From the sequence record PP582174.1: 42,434 nt of DNA. One strand, given 5' to 3'. Numbering within the stretch: the stretch's first letter is position 1; every line of letters begins with the position of its first letter. A program made the translations under genes and the position numbers. The notes beneath the pieces are model-generated. The model did no database searches and was not told the DNA's origin. It saw nothing but the letters and a program-made list of their open reading frames with translations. Shown one piece after another: positions 1 to 9,846 of this stretch. Origin of the DNA: Enterococcus phage vB_Efm3_KEN20.

Positions 1-127
1 TTAAGTTCAATTGTAGTAATCCACCAGAAAGTTGTGCGCTACTCTCACTCGTTTTAGTACCTTCTTCATTGTACAGTTTTTGTCTAACTTCCAGAGACCC
101 TCTAGTCAAGTATGCTTCATTGTCTGC
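1..127. repeat. Exact direct repeat of 42308-42434 (contig circularisation overlap)
   Basis: Bases 1-127 read identically to the last 127 bases; the reading frame of the minus-strand gene is continuous across the junction. Confidence 0.9.
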
Positions 128-535
128 TAATAAATATAAGCGTTCGCCTTCTGTGTTTACCAGATAATAAGATGCTATTTCAGATAACGCACCTTTTGAA
201 ATAGATGTTTTACCATCACTCACAACATTAACGCCTGCAACAACATTGTTAAAGGCGTTGGTAAATTCAGAACCATTGATAGTTGTTCCGTTGATTTCCC
301 CACCTGTGATGATTTTACCAACGATATTTTCTGCAATAATGCTACTATCAAATGCGACTTCCACCCATTGTCCATTTTCAGCACTATACGCGTTTGTTGC
401 TTTACCATTAACTAACTTGAACCACACGTCACCATCTTTAAATGTTGACGGTTCTTGCTCCTGCATAAAAACTGTTCCTGTAGATGTTTCAATTATCATA
501 TTGTTTAATACTGTTTTTCCATTAACAATTGCCAT
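1..535 (-). CDS. Tail fibre / receptor-binding protein, N-terminal part of a gene that wraps the contig end (continues at 42307..41898; ~314 aa in total)
   Basis: ATG at 535 with GGAGG 7 nt upstream. Hand translation MAIVNGKTVLNNMIIETSTGTVFMQEQEP... stays open to base 1 and joins in-frame with ORF 41898..42416. Lies downstream of Tal. The ORF track omitted it because it is cut by the window edge. Confidence 0.6.
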   Translation of the reverse strand, partial: MAIVNGKTVLNNMIIETSTGTVFMQEQEPSTFKDGDVWFKLVNGKATNAYSAENGQWVEVAFDSSIIAENIVGKIITGGEINGTTINGSEFTNAFNNVVAGVNVVSDGKTSISKGALSEIASYYLVNTEGERLYLLADNEAYLTRGSLEVRQKLYNEEGTKTSESSAQLSGGLLQLNL

Positions 536-545
536 TGTGTACCTC

Positions 546-1952
546 CTAATCATTATTTGCTGAAACTTCATAAGTATAGCGCAATTCAGAGTCAGCAGTT
601 ACAGTTATAGATATTCCTGATTTAGTGAAATCACTGTCTAGTGTACCATCTAATTTATATCGTATCCATTTAAAATCATGAAACGATGACGTTACATCCA
701 AATTACCTTGCAAAATAGTAGCGGTTAATGTGATTGTACCCTCTCCATTAACAAAGAATGGTTCTGATTGTGTGATATTTACAGTGTATGGTACATTTTC
801 TTTTATTTTATTATTAAACTCAAGTGCCCAGTCACGCATAATGTCACTGATTCCACTTGGCACTTGAACAAAATCTCCCAATGTTAAAACTGTTTCTTTT
901 GTTAAAAAATCATATTCAATAATTTGTACTCTACTATTTAAAAATAGTTGTTCGTTTTCATCTACAATGTATAATGTATCTCCAACGGTTAAAGAAAACG
1001 GAACGTTAGCGATATCTACGATATAATTAACGATAGGTGTAGAATACTTTTTAAGGTCTGCGATAGCTGATTCTAATAATGATTTTTGTGTATTGGCAGT
1101 GTACGTTTTTAGTTGAAGATAATAACCATTGTTTGAATTTGGTCTGCGCCAGTGTACGATATTGGCTTTGTCATGTATAATACCTGTGGTTTCATCCAAG
1201 TAAAATCGTCCATCAGGGTCTGTCCATTTATATCCTTTTAACGTTAGTGGCTTATCTTGTCCATCAATAACGCTTCCTTCTGCTTTACTTGCATTGTACA
1301 TCTGGTATAAGTCTGTTTCAGTTGTAATAGAATGAATATCTTTGTCTACATATAATTTGTGAGATGTATCAGCACCCACTTTTTTTCGTATATCAATAAA
1401 CCACCTAATTACACTATTACCAGTTAATTCAAATCTGAACTCTAACTCAACCTCAAATTGTGTAGCCACAGATAGTATACGCTCTAGAGTAGTTACATTA
1501 CCGTCCCAACTCAGTGTCCTTTTGGCATTTGGAATCTCATTAACACCTATTTCAAAGCCACTATCGTATATGAAGTAATTTATATATTGAGCAATTGTTC
1601 TCTGGTCTCCTGGACTATAAGCACCCGTCGTTTCGTTTAGTAAGTCAAGTGATCCGCTCTCTAGTTCCATACTACGAATACCAGTTACTGGGTTATGACT
1701 AGCTTTCATGATAACCATTACGCTTGTTTTATTTTGAGAATCTTTATATATAATATAGTTACCAACAGAACACTGCTTACTTAATTCCAAAGAATCACTT
1801 TTTGAAAAATGTACATCTATTTGTAATGTTTTTGAGCTTGTACTTAGTGTTGTGGTTTCATGTGCTTTACTAACATGAAAGCGTGTGTTTCCATTTGTGG
1901 ATATGATAGTCTGTAGATTGAAATTACGGTCTGTTACATAAAAATCTGTCAA
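546..1952 (-). CDS. Tail-associated protein (Tal-like, baseplate hub), TTG start
   Basis: 468-aa ORF directly after the Dit-like gene. N-terminus MTDFYVTDRNFNL... is typical of siphovirus Tal/gp27-like N-terminal domains. RBS TAGGAGG 10 nt before TTG. Confidence 0.5.
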   Translation of the reverse strand: MTDFYVTDRNFNLQTIISTNGNTRFHVSKAHETTTLSTSSKTLQIDVHFSKSDSLELSKQCSVGNYIIYKDSQNKTSVMVIMKASHNPVTGIRSMELESGSLDLLNETTGAYSPGDQRTIAQYINYFIYDSGFEIGVNEIPNAKRTLSWDGNVTTLERILSVATQFEVELEFRFELTGNSVIRWFIDIRKKVGADTSHKLYVDKDIHSITTETDLYQMYNASKAEGSVIDGQDKPLTLKGYKWTDPDGRFYLDETTGIIHDKANIVHWRRPNSNNGYYLQLKTYTANTQKSLLESAIADLKKYSTPIVNYIVDIANVPFSLTVGDTLYIVDENEQLFLNSRVQIIEYDFLTKETVLTLGDFVQVPSGISDIMRDWALEFNNKIKENVPYTVNITQSEPFFVNGEGTITLTATILQGNLDVTSSFHDFKWIRYKLDGTLDSDFTKSGISITVTADSELRYTYEVSANND

Positions 1953-1974
1953 TATTATACACCTCCTAGTTAAT

Positions 1975-1985
1975 ATTATAACACA
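1975..1985 (-). promoter_or_regulatory. Extended -10 promoter TGTGTTATAAT (minus strand)
   Basis: Reverse complement of attataacaca, immediately 3' of a terminator hairpin and 5' of the Tal RBS. Confidence 0.5.
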
Positions 1986-2014
1986 ATATCAGAGGGTTGT
2001 ACACCCTCTGATAT
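1986..2014 (-). terminator. Intrinsic terminator hairpin (atatcagaggg-loop-ccctctgatat)
   Basis: 11-bp perfect inverted repeat just after the Dit stop, followed on the minus strand by a T-rich run. Confidence 0.6.
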
Positions 2015-2018
2015 TCTT

Positions 2019-5000
2019 TTAATTCCAAGAATCACGAACAACGCAAACCACGTCAGGATTATTGGCCCAGGTTGATAGTACAGGTTGGATAACTGTTTTA
2101 CCAACAGGCAAGATGAAACTTTCCCACTGATTGCCTACCACATTCAATTCATTATTGATAACACCATTTACAAATAAACTTCTACTTGCCACATCTATTT
2201 CTACAATATCTCCATCTTGAAAGTAATTTCTGATGTCTTGATAATATGATGTATTCAACCATCTGACTTGTATGTGTCTGATTACTTGAATTGCTACAGG
2301 TTGATTTGAATATCGTTGCGCCCACACTCCTACACGCATCCAATTCGTAGAATCATTCTCTTCAAGTGTCCAATTAAATGACTCTACGGTGTCTGCAATA
2401 ACTTGCGCATATGTTGTACCTTCATATTTAGCACGTTTTGTAGTGTGTACTTTAATAAAATTCCATTGTAGTTTTTTACCTCTACGCAACATTACAATTT
2501 CATATTCTCTACCACTAAATCGTGATTTGTTAAGACTAACTTCTCCAAGTTTACTACCTTTATACCATAATTCAAATTGAATAGTATTAGAAACGGCATT
2601 TGCATCACTAAGAATGGTTGTCATGATTGGATTTCCATTTTCATCAAAAACACTAAATTCATAGCGCCCACGTCTATACTTAACATCATTATCAAACATA
2701 AACGCCATTCGTGCTTCTACTTCATTGTTTCTATCGTTGTTATATGGTGGTTTGATATCCAGCATCATAGTAGGACCATGCCAAACACCAATATCACCAA
2801 CTCCTGCATAGTGAGGCGTTACGCTATTCACATTAGTTGTCATATCCCAAGAACCTCTCACCTCATTTGGTGGTGTTGGATTCCAAACTGATTTGAAACC
2901 AGTGTTCACTGCTATTTCTGGATTTAATGTGTTTCCCCAAAACGATTGATTTACACCTAATTCAAGTGATTTAGTAGTATCTTTTCCGTCTACGTTTTCA
3001 GGATTTCCGAATTGTAGTATAGACCCGTCTTCATGTAGTAAGCCAACTAGTCCATTTTCTCCATTCATGGTAAATGTGAATTGCGGATATGTTTCAGCAG
3101 TTCCATTGTTATATACTTCTATGATGTCAGAATATCCCGCATCACTTGGTACATATTCAACAGCGTTGATATATGAAGGGCTATATCCCCAATGATACTC
3201 TTTTGGATTATTTGATGGTGCTGGTGCGATTCCTTCATATTTGTAATATGGAATATTTGGGGTTCTTGTATCTCCCTTTTCAATCTTGAGCCAGTCAATT
3301 TGAACATTATCATATGTTGCAGAATTAGGTTTTTGCCATAACGCTACTTTAAGTAAATTTGTCATTTCACTAGTCTTTCTGGCTGTAAACGTGGCACTCC
3401 ACACATCTGTTAATCCTTCCACAGGACGTAAAGTGGCCTGATACTGCGACTGCAACTGCTGGTAATTTGCTTCTCCGTAGTATAAGTGGAATTCTTTAGT
3501 AGCTGGCTTAGTCCCTTTTAAAGATACCGTATAAGTTTCACCTATTGTTAATTCTTCTGAAATATCAAAACCAGAAATAGGGTTATTTGGTGTGTTAATT
3601 GGAAACTGAGCATTCGTTATCAAATTCTCACCCAAAGGCACCTTACTCAAATAATATGGTGCGTAAAGTAAATTAGGCTGGTATGGTGTGGCTGTTGAGC
3701 CTTCTTCAAGTTTAGCGTGTCTCAAACGTAGTTTGCCAGATAGGCTGTTATTAGCGTCCTTATTTTGTAGCATTATAAACCAGTGTTCAGCGTTATCACT
3801 CGTAGCAGTAATTTTAACGGTGCCAGTTAGTTTTTGCCATACACCCTTAGCAGTAGTTAATGTATTACGCGTATATAGTTCTGATACCCAGTTAGGCATT
3901 TTAACATATCTTAGGCCTATCTTACTAGGGTCTCCAGTGAAATCATCTTCTAACATAATTTCTACACTCATGGTATATGTTTTACCTATTAACAGGGCTG
4001 GTTGACTTTTCGCTTTGAATACCTCTAATTTATGGTTTGGATCAAGCGTGACCACTACCTCGTCACCATCATCCACAACAGATGAAGCACCAGTACCTTG
4101 CGAGAAGCTGTCAGCGTTTATATTAGCCATTAAATTCGGATTTCCACTATAATCATAGTCACCAAAGTTGATGCTGTTACTGTACGCCTTTGCGCCCACA
4201 CTTGGAGCGGTTACTGTATCCCCAAGTGGTGGAAGAAAACTAACCATTGGCTTACTCCATTTAATGAGGTTGCTTCCTATAAAACCATACTGTAAATTGA
4301 TAGCATTAGTTTTTTCGTTTTCAATCTTAACAACTGACCCATACTCAATGAATCCAGTAGTCACTTTTTTAGGGATATCAACAACGTGTCTCTTGAGTAT
4401 GGCTCCCTTCACTGTATCCCACTCTTCTAGTATTACTTGTCCAGCATACTCTTTGTTATTCTCTTCGTCAAGTGATACTACTTGTGCATATACACTGAAA
4501 TTGACTTCGTCTCCCACTTTTAACTTATTATTATGAATGGTTGTGGCTGGACTCCAGTTTAGCCAACGCTCATCTGAATTCTTATCATTTTCAAAATTCA
4601 ATGGAATACCATTAGTAAAATCAGCTTGAACCACGTTAGAGTTATTAAACTTCTCATCTAACTTCTGTACCCATGGCTTCAAGTATTTACCAATATGATT
4701 ATACTCACTATCCAACACCAAGTTTTTATTTGTTGCATATACATTTGTGTATGATGAGGGGTTTATATTATGTGCTAACCCATCAGGAACATCAAATGTT
4801 AACGTTAACGGTGTATACTTAGAGTCAGTTGCATCATATTCTTGCATGCCACTGTAGATAGCATTGAAATATCTGTTTGGGAACATATTAAAAATCAAAT
4901 GCTTGGGTTCGTTAGTGTTTATTATTCTTACTAATTCATCTTTAGTGTCATAGATGTTCATACCTGAGTTATCTTTAATCATGAATCCATCAATTTGAAT

Positions 5001-5168
5001 GGTGTTCGTTGTTCTACGTGTGTTTAAAAATGTTGAACCATTACTATTGCCTACTTGTAAGAGTTCATTTTCTTTTGATAGAAATGGTATTGTAACCTTA
5101 GCTATCTGAAATAAATGAGATGTTTCTTTACCATCAAAGCTAAAGTTTTTTAAAAATGCATACTCCAT
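2019..5168 (-). CDS. Distal tail protein (Dit-like), extended 1049-aa form, probably with inserted carbohydrate-binding modules
   Basis: First gene after the TMP; N-terminal ~130 aa resemble siphovirus Dit; very long beta-rich Asn/Thr/Ser-rich remainder; RBS AGGAG. Confidence 0.5.
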   Translation of the reverse strand: MEYAFLKNFSFDGKETSHLFQIAKVTIPFLSKENELLQVGNSNGSTFLNTRRTTNTIQIDGFMIKDNSGMNIYDTKDELVRIINTNEPKHLIFNMFPNRYFNAIYSGMQEYDATDSKYTPLTLTFDVPDGLAHNINPSSYTNVYATNKNLVLDSEYNHIGKYLKPWVQKLDEKFNNSNVVQADFTNGIPLNFENDKNSDERWLNWSPATTIHNNKLKVGDEVNFSVYAQVVSLDEENNKEYAGQVILEEWDTVKGAILKRHVVDIPKKVTTGFIEYGSVVKIENEKTNAINLQYGFIGSNLIKWSKPMVSFLPPLGDTVTAPSVGAKAYSNSINFGDYDYSGNPNLMANINADSFSQGTGASSVVDDGDEVVVTLDPNHKLEVFKAKSQPALLIGKTYTMSVEIMLEDDFTGDPSKIGLRYVKMPNWVSELYTRNTLTTAKGVWQKLTGTVKITATSDNAEHWFIMLQNKDANNSLSGKLRLRHAKLEEGSTATPYQPNLLYAPYYLSKVPLGENLITNAQFPINTPNNPISGFDISEELTIGETYTVSLKGTKPATKEFHLYYGEANYQQLQSQYQATLRPVEGLTDVWSATFTARKTSEMTNLLKVALWQKPNSATYDNVQIDWLKIEKGDTRTPNIPYYKYEGIAPAPSNNPKEYHWGYSPSYINAVEYVPSDAGYSDIIEVYNNGTAETYPQFTFTMNGENGLVGLLHEDGSILQFGNPENVDGKDTTKSLELGVNQSFWGNTLNPEIAVNTGFKSVWNPTPPNEVRGSWDMTTNVNSVTPHYAGVGDIGVWHGPTMMLDIKPPYNNDRNNEVEARMAFMFDNDVKYRRGRYEFSVFDENGNPIMTTILSDANAVSNTIQFELWYKGSKLGEVSLNKSRFSGREYEIVMLRRGKKLQWNFIKVHTTKRAKYEGTTYAQVIADTVESFNWTLEENDSTNWMRVGVWAQRYSNQPVAIQVIRHIQVRWLNTSYYQDIRNYFQDGDIVEIDVASRSLFVNGVINNELNVVGNQWESFILPVGKTVIQPVLSTWANNPDVVCVVRDSWN

Positions 5169-5196
5169 GTAATCACTCCTAATTATTTATATTTCT

Positions 5197-5206
5197 ATTA
5201 TAACAT
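5197..5206 (-). promoter_or_regulatory. Extended -10 promoter ATGTTATAAT (minus strand)
   Basis: Same 18-mer tttttATGTTATAATAG as at 9583-9597; precedes the Dit RBS. Confidence 0.5.
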
Positions 5207-5230
5207 AAAAAGGGGGTTTATCCCCTTTTT
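5207..5230. terminator. Terminator hairpin aaaaagggg-loop-ccccttttt (bidirectional in shape)
   Basis: 9-bp stem with flanking A/T runs between the TMP stop and the Dit promoter. Confidence 0.65.
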
Positions 5231-5235
5231 ATGTC

Positions 5236-8200
5236 TTATATTAATCCCATTTGTCTATTTCTAGTACGTGTTTCTGATTCTTGATACTTTGTAATTTCTT
5301 TACTTACCTTACGTCCATCAAGTTCAATTGTAGGTGACTTATCAAGTAACGCCATTAAGAGTTCATTTTGTTGTTGCATCAAATTAATCAAGATGGATAA
5401 GTCTTGATTAGAATTATTACCACTCAATGGTGTAGGTGTATCATTTTTTTTACCAAGTTTCTGATTTGCGTATGCTAATAGTTGCATAGCTCTTGAACGT
5501 TTAAGTCCTGAGCCTGTTAATGGAATTATAACCTCTTCTTTGTTGCCTTCTCCAACTCTTGCAATGTGTTCTTTTGTGACCCTTCCACCGTATTCGTAAC
5601 CAACTCCACGATAAGCATTTGTTAGTGAGCCATATCTTGACAAAGCATATCTAATTGAAGCTAAGATGTTAGATAGTGGGTCATATATATTACTGTTGAA
5701 TCCAGGCATTGCATACTGTCTGAATGTTGGGTCAATCACTTGGAGTAATCCTTTAGATGGCGTTCCATTCTTAGCATTAATATCCCAGTTGTTAATTGCA
5801 TTAGGATTACCATTTGACTCTGTACGCATTTGATTTAGTAATGCATTTAAGTTTGCAGTACTGTATTGGCCAGTCATTTTCAATGCTCTAATTGCTACAT
5901 TTCGCCATCTTTCTACTCCACTGCCTCCCACACTATCACCTGAGATTTGAGTGTTTTGTGGGTCTTTCACACCGTTTAAATGCACGTGGTCGTAGTGGTC
6001 TCCATCTGGCCATGGTCTCCAGTCATTATGAATACCTGTACCTGATTGTCCTGAACGGTCACGAACTTTACCATTAGTGATTACGTAACCAATCTTAGAG
6101 GCAAATTTATCAAACGCATAGTTTGCCGCTTCTGTGTAGCGTGGTGAGCCACCTGTAACACCAGGTAGTGCAATATCAATAGCATTACGTTTACCATGTG
6201 AATAGGGGTCACCTGGTCTATACCCACTAGTTACCATAAAGCCTGGGAATTTCTTCATTACTGATTTAGCTACATCTGCTAAATATTTATAGACACCATT
6301 TGTTCCTATAGAGGTATCTAGGTTACCAGACGAGAACAAATCAGTAATCTTTTCAGTCAGGGCACTTGTTGCTTTAGATAGAATACCTTTACCTACTTCT
6401 AATGGATACTTAGTTAATCCACCTAATACATCTAAGCCACCCAGTACTTTTCTAGCTAATGCGCCAGGGTCTGAAATGAAGTCCCACACGTCACCTACTA
6501 CATTTTTCAGTGTGTTTCCTACATTACCAGCAATATTTTTCACACTGTCCCACATGTTACCAAAGAAGTTAGTACCCTTTTTGTAACGGTATTTTGGTGC
6601 TTTTGAACCTTGAAGCTGAGCTGTTTCTTCTGCTGTCAAGACATGTGTTCCTTTTGGTGCATTTAATACCACGTTGCGCCCTTTAGGTATGAATGCTCTA
6701 CCATCTGGTGTGATAACTGTTTCTGCTCCTCGTCCATCATTAACCATCATTGGGCCATTAATTGGGTGACCACCTGCTGGTGTACCTGTCGCATATTGTG
6801 GTACGTCCCACTCTGTCAGAGGTTCAGCGCCTAATTTCTCAAGTACCCAAGAAGCTCCTTTGATAATACCATTTACTGGTTTACCAATGGCTCTTAGTGC
6901 TGCATTGAATACTTCCTTGAATGCTGCAACTACTGCGTTTTTACCACCCTTGATGGCTTCCACCATTCGTTGAGGTACTTTCGTGAAGATATCATACACA
7001 AAACCAGGTACGGCAAATAGTATACCTGTGATTGTCTCCCAAATGCCTTCAAAAATCTTTTTGTTTCTTTCGTAGAACTCGCCTAATGTGATAAGTATTT
7101 TACCTAAGAACGTGTTTTTAATACCACCCCAAATGGCTGCCCATATGCGATCACCAGTATTCTTAATTTCATCCCATGCTCTACTCCATTGTCCTGTAAT
7201 GATAAGTCCAAAGGTGTTTAGTATTCCTGCAATTGAGGCTGTTACTGTTTCGATAGTGATTTGTATGGCAATCATTATTGTTTTAACAATAATCCATAGT
7301 CCTTGGAACCTATCCTCCATTATTTTCCATGCTACAACAATAACTGTTTTAAATCCATTAGCAGAGTCACCTGTTGTTTTAAACATATCGCTCATACGTT
7401 TTAAACTGTCTGTCCATGATTGCATAAGCGGAAGAATGTCTGGCCCTACCTCTTCTGTGAAAAACTTATAAAGAGTATTAAACTCTTGATTTAGGTTATA
7501 CAAAGCTAGGTCTGCTAAGTCTAACACAACATCCTTTAAACCACTTAAAAATGTCTTAGTATTTTCTACTGCCGTTTCTAATCCAGTTATCTGATCTTGA
7601 GTCATTCCCAGTGTTCGCAACATGGAATAACCTTGCAATGAAGTGGCTTCATCGTTAGAAAATAGTTTCCAGAATCCTTGTACATACTCCCCAAATGTTT
7701 CTGCTTTTTCTTTAAAGACTTTGATGAAATCTTCTATTTTCCAAATCGTTTCATAATCAAGTCCTGCTAATCTTAGTAGATAATAGTCATTACTTTGTAC
7801 ATCACCACTCCACACTTTTTTAACAAAGTCCACCATTTGCGTGAAACCATTCTTGAAGTTGAATATGAAGGCATCCACTTCATCCATTGCATTTGCAAAA
7901 ATTTCTTTGAGTCCATCAAATACATCTCCAACCCAAACAAAGTTTTTTGCTATTTCTGGTAGCACCGCAGCAACTTTTTTCATGAAGTTTTCCATGTTTG
8001 TTCCAGCGTTTGTAATAAATTCGCTGATTGTTGGTAAGTTCATGTTTGCAAGCATTGCGTCCACACTCTTAATTAGTTCTGCTGTACCACGCACCATCGC
8101 TGTTTTAGCATTTGCTAGTGAGGTGCTGATACCTTTTGTAGAGTCTTTGGCAATCTGTTCTAATGACTTAAGACCGCCGCCGCCTTCTTTATCCATCTTA

Positions 8201-9549
8201 ATTAAGGCTGTTTGAAAATCTTTTACTGATATTTTACCTTCTGAAAGACCATCTTTCAACTCACCAGTCGTTTTACCCATCTGCTTAGCTAATGCGTTTA
8301 AAGTAGGCCCAAGTCCTGAGTTAATCATGGAGTTCCAAGTTTGAGCGTCTATTTTACCATTAGAAAATGATTGAGACAACTGAACAATGGCATTGTTTGC
8401 CATGTTTGCGTCTCCACCAAAACCAAGGATTGCATCGTTTAATGCCTTATAAACATCTACAGATAAATCTAAGTCTCCTGTTGAGGCAGCTAATAATTGA
8501 ACGTTTGATACAGAATCATCTAACGCTGTTGGTAATCCTTCAATTGCTTTAGAGATGTTTTTCATTGCTTTAGCTGTGTTATTAGCGTCAAATCCCATAT
8601 TCTGGAAGGCTCTTGAAGAGTTTGCTAAGGTGTCAATACGTTTAATGGCTGAATCTATGTTTGATGAAACGGCATTAAACGCTTTGTTACCAATAGTTAG
8701 TAACGCACCCAATCCAACTTTACCTACAACTTTACCAATCCCACCAAGCATGCTCCCCAAACCAGAAGTTACTTTTCCTAACCCATTTACTGCCTTTTTA
8801 GAAGCTGGTTCAGATTTGGACATTTCATCATTTAACCCACGAAAAGCATTAGATGACTCCTTCAGTCCTTTGTTTGTTCCTTCTATCTGCTTACTTGTTA
8901 TTTGTTGTTGTCGCTTAAAGGTTTCTAGTTTTTCTTTAGCACTAGCAACTTGTGTTGAGTTTTCACCAAATTGCTTGGTCATTTGTTTTACTACGTTTTC
9001 CTGAGCTTTAATTGCTTTTGTTGTTAACTCTTCTTGTTTCAGTAAACCTTGTTTTTGTGCTTTATATGCTCCTACCTTATCGCCAGCACTACGTAAGGCA
9101 CTAATTTCATCTTTCATGGCTGATTCATTGTTCTTAATAGCCTTACTATATTTATCTACACCACTTGAAGCGATAATATGTGCCTGTTTGTTTTTATCAA
9201 TCTCTTTATTGTACTGGTTGTATTTTGTTGAGGCTTTGTTAATTTGGTCAACTGTTCTAGCAACGGCTGCTGATTCAGCACCATGTGCTTTGATTTGTTC
9301 TTCTTTTCTTTTTTCTAGTAATGCAATTTTTTTAGCTTGTAATTCATATGCTCTCGTTAAATCTGCTTCTGCACGTGCGTAGTCAGAGGCGGTTTTATTA
9401 CCTTTGTCCATTGTAGAAATGTTTGTTTTCATTGCTGATTCTGTCTGTTTAATTGCTCTATTTAACTTATCTAATGTATTTAAAGACTCATCTAAACCAT
9501 CAAATCCAACCCCAAATTTCATATTTCCTATAGGTCTATCTTGTGCCAT
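5236..9549 (-). CDS. Tail tape measure protein with C-terminal LAS/M15-type zinc peptidase motifs and a lytic transglycosylase (SLT) domain
   Basis: Huge coiled-coil/Gly-rich ORF. Motifs SGYRPGDPYSHGKRNAIDIA and DGDHYDHVHL (SxHxxGxAxD...DxHxH, LAS peptidase) fall near 5980-6235. SLT-like segment ESNGNPNAINNWDINAKNGTPSKGLLQV falls near 5590-5880. Start set at MAQDRPIG (ATG 9549, RBS AAAGGAG 8 nt upstream). The ORF-track start at 9630 lies inside the upstream terminator hairpin. Confidence 0.8.
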   Translation of the reverse strand: MAQDRPIGNMKFGVGFDGLDESLNTLDKLNRAIKQTESAMKTNISTMDKGNKTASDYARAEADLTRAYELQAKKIALLEKRKEEQIKAHGAESAAVARTVDQINKASTKYNQYNKEIDKNKQAHIIASSGVDKYSKAIKNNESAMKDEISALRSAGDKVGAYKAQKQGLLKQEELTTKAIKAQENVVKQMTKQFGENSTQVASAKEKLETFKRQQQITSKQIEGTNKGLKESSNAFRGLNDEMSKSEPASKKAVNGLGKVTSGLGSMLGGIGKVVGKVGLGALLTIGNKAFNAVSSNIDSAIKRIDTLANSSRAFQNMGFDANNTAKAMKNISKAIEGLPTALDDSVSNVQLLAASTGDLDLSVDVYKALNDAILGFGGDANMANNAIVQLSQSFSNGKIDAQTWNSMINSGLGPTLNALAKQMGKTTGELKDGLSEGKISVKDFQTALIKMDKEGGGGLKSLEQIAKDSTKGISTSLANAKTAMVRGTAELIKSVDAMLANMNLPTISEFITNAGTNMENFMKKVAAVLPEIAKNFVWVGDVFDGLKEIFANAMDEVDAFIFNFKNGFTQMVDFVKKVWSGDVQSNDYYLLRLAGLDYETIWKIEDFIKVFKEKAETFGEYVQGFWKLFSNDEATSLQGYSMLRTLGMTQDQITGLETAVENTKTFLSGLKDVVLDLADLALYNLNQEFNTLYKFFTEEVGPDILPLMQSWTDSLKRMSDMFKTTGDSANGFKTVIVVAWKIMEDRFQGLWIIVKTIMIAIQITIETVTASIAGILNTFGLIITGQWSRAWDEIKNTGDRIWAAIWGGIKNTFLGKILITLGEFYERNKKIFEGIWETITGILFAVPGFVYDIFTKVPQRMVEAIKGGKNAVVAAFKEVFNAALRAIGKPVNGIIKGASWVLEKLGAEPLTEWDVPQYATGTPAGGHPINGPMMVNDGRGAETVITPDGRAFIPKGRNVVLNAPKGTHVLTAEETAQLQGSKAPKYRYKKGTNFFGNMWDSVKNIAGNVGNTLKNVVGDVWDFISDPGALARKVLGGLDVLGGLTKYPLEVGKGILSKATSALTEKITDLFSSGNLDTSIGTNGVYKYLADVAKSVMKKFPGFMVTSGYRPGDPYSHGKRNAIDIALPGVTGGSPRYTEAANYAFDKFASKIGYVITNGKVRDRSGQSGTGIHNDWRPWPDGDHYDHVHLNGVKDPQNTQISGDSVGGSGVERWRNVAIRALKMTGQYSTANLNALLNQMRTESNGNPNAINNWDINAKNGTPSKGLLQVIDPTFRQYAMPGFNSNIYDPLSNILASIRYALSRYGSLTNAYRGVGYEYGGRVTKEHIARVGEGNKEEVIIPLTGSGLKRSRAMQLLAYANQKLGKKNDTPTPLSGNNSNQDLSILINLMQQQNELLMALLDKSPTIELDGRKVSKEITKYQESETRTRNRQMGLI

Positions 9550-9582
9550 CAAGTTCACTCCTTTTGGTTGCTTTCTTAATCT

Positions 9583-9592
9583 ATTATAACAT
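9583..9592 (-). promoter_or_regulatory. Extended -10 promoter ATGTTATAAT (minus strand) for the TMP
   Basis: Motif between the terminator hairpin and the TMP RBS. Confidence 0.5.
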
Positions 9593-9597
9593 AAAAA

Positions 9598-9628
9598 GAG
9601 ACACTCTAGCTGTGTGCTAAAGTGTCTC
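9598..9628 (-). terminator. Hairpin gagacact-loop-agtgtctc followed by a T-run (minus strand)
   Basis: 8-bp stem; overlaps the 3' end of the frameshifted chaperone reading frame. Confidence 0.5.
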
Positions 9629-9823
9629 ACCTTTTACTTTTGCCATATCTTGTGGACTCATAAATGTACCAAAGAAATCTATTGGGTCTTGCAGTTTTTC
9701 TTTTTTAGGCTTATTGTCTTTTGTAAATAGTTCCATTAGTAAATTATAGTCTGCGTTGTTAATTTCTGATAGAGACCATGTTCCAGACTCACTGGATAGA
9801 AGGTCAGTGTACATCTTATCCAT
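9617..9823 (-). CDS. Tail assembly chaperone, -1 frame extension (gpT-like part, expressed as a G-T fusion)
   Basis: This frame is open upstream into the slippery site at 9871-9877; no convincing independent RBS. Confidence 0.55.
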   Translation of the reverse strand: MDKMYTDLLSSESGTWSLSEINNADYNLLMELFTKDNKPKKEKLQDPIDFFGTFMSPQDMAKVKGETL

Positions 9824-9846
9824 TGCTTCAAGATGTTCCTCCCAAC

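Noticed and set aside
1-127. 127-bp terminal repeat as a biological direct terminal repeat
   Set aside because: The exact 127-bp length and a gene reading through the junction in frame fit an assembler circularisation overlap. Real terminal redundancy would need read-level evidence.
220-408. 62-aa minus-strand ORF at the window start
   Set aside because: Out of frame inside the real wrap-around receptor-binding protein gene (frame of ATG 535).
246-9589. Plus-strand ORFs inside the tail genes (246-563, 2389-2580, 2577-2891, 3688-4005, 4168-4536, 5892-6077, 7088-7471, 7841-8215, 8367-8552, 8555-9004, 9116-9382, 9404-9589, also 9756-9962 and 9959-10201)
   Set aside because: All are antisense to long, well-supported minus-strand structural genes and lack RBSs. 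They are typical shadow ORFs.
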